Notes under the pieces: model-generated
Told to the model about the DNA's origin: nothing
What the model saw: only the letters and a program-made list of their open reading frames with translations
Databases searched by the model: none
Made by a program: the position numbers and the translations under genes
IMG/VR virus record: IMGVR_UViG_3300021387_000281
Direction: 5' to 3' (one strand)
Source of the DNA: an uncultured virus (IMG/VR IMGVR_UViG_3300021387_000281)
Taxonomy: Duplodnaviria; Heunggongvirae; Uroviricota; Caudoviricetes; Crassvirales
DNA: 64,000 bases
Part shown: in pieces, positions 63,393 through 64,000 of the stretch
Layout of the letters: each line of letters starts with the position of its first letter
Position numbering within the stretch: the stretch's first letter is position 1

Positions 63393-64000
63393 GTGTCAAT
63401 TTCTGGTTTTGCGGGGATTGGTAATTTTGTACATACTAATGCAGCAGCTTCTTCCATGCACTTAGATTGCATCAGAGGAACTTCAGAGAGGTCTTTCGGA
63501 TAGATAATATTACTCTCATCATGGACAAGAGAAGCTAGTTCTACTATTCCAAAATAATTACTATCAACAATCCAATTAAAGAAGTTAGTCATAGCTATCT
63601 TCAGAATCACTATACCTGAGCCTTGCGTCGGAGCATTAAGAGCCATACGGTCATACTTAGATGCAGCTTTGAAATGCATGGATACCATTTGAGCAATAGA
63701 ATCGCCAGTACCTTTATGCTTGGTTCTATACTCTTCCCAAAACTGTTGAGTAAATGATTTTTGGCGTTCTAACCAATCTTTATGGTCCCACCAATACATC
63801 TTATGCCCTGAGTATTTGCACATAAGAATATAGCCATGTTTTCTTACAAACTCTGAACCTCTTTTCTTGAAGTCTGCAATGCCCTTGAAACCGTTCCAAT
63901 AATCTTCTGCTATCTGCTCTGCTTCTTCAATAGAGCAAGCCAGTGCCCCTTGAATAGCAAATGGGGAGCCTCCAAACTGCATAGCAAACTCAGGGCCCTT
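63377..64000 (-). CDS. polA: DNA polymerase family A, C-terminal part (truncated by the window edge)
   Basis: Motif B end GPEFAMQFGG, ALNAPTQGSG, motif C LVHDE; the frame is open to the window end. Confidence 0.85.
   Translation of the reverse strand, partial: KGPEFAMQFGGSPFAIQGALACSIEEAEQIAEDYWNGFKGIADFKKRGSEFVRKHGYILMCKYSGHKMYWWDHKDWLERQKSFTQQFWEEYRTKHKGTGDSIAQMVSMHFKAASKYDRMALNAPTQGSGIVILKIAMTNFFNWIVDSNYFGIVELASLVHDESNIIYPKDLSEVPLMQSKCMEEAAALVCTKLPIPAKPEIDTCWKH

Noticed and set aside
1..64000. Genome-wide TAG-to-Gln recoding (genetic code 15)
   Set aside because: All large genes are intact in code 11 and coding density is already near complete. Only one small TAG-bridged gene was found, and some TAGs look like true stops.

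Overview
This is a 64-kb piece of a crAss-like (Crassvirales) Bacteroidota phage genome. The + strand (1-41234) carries the end of a probable tail/receptor-binding region, a small-gene module, a holin-GH19 endolysin-spanin lysis cassette, TerL, portal, scaffold, major capsid protein, ring/tail proteins, the muzzle (tail-stabilisation) protein and giant virion cargo proteins. The - strand (41268-64000) carries another cargo protein, the virion RNA polymerase (GSDFDVD), a MoxR-AAA/VWA pair, many small early genes and the C-terminus of a family A DNA polymerase. Four observations stand out. (1) A tRNA-Gln-derived amber (CUA) suppressor tRNA lies between portal and scaffold in a genome whose large genes read normally in code 11, and one small, tightly coupled gene (60642-60812, -) is interrupted by a single in-frame TAG. 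This suggests incipient or regulatory amber recoding. (2) A dispersed family of about 11 co-oriented intergenic 7-5-7 palindromes shows compensatory changes. (3) An ADP-ribosyltransferase-like domain and a NADAR-like domain are fused to the N-terminus of the virion RNAP. (4) A cargo protein is built of modules delimited by a recurring xxxGG motif. All family assignments come from visual motif recognition, not database searches.
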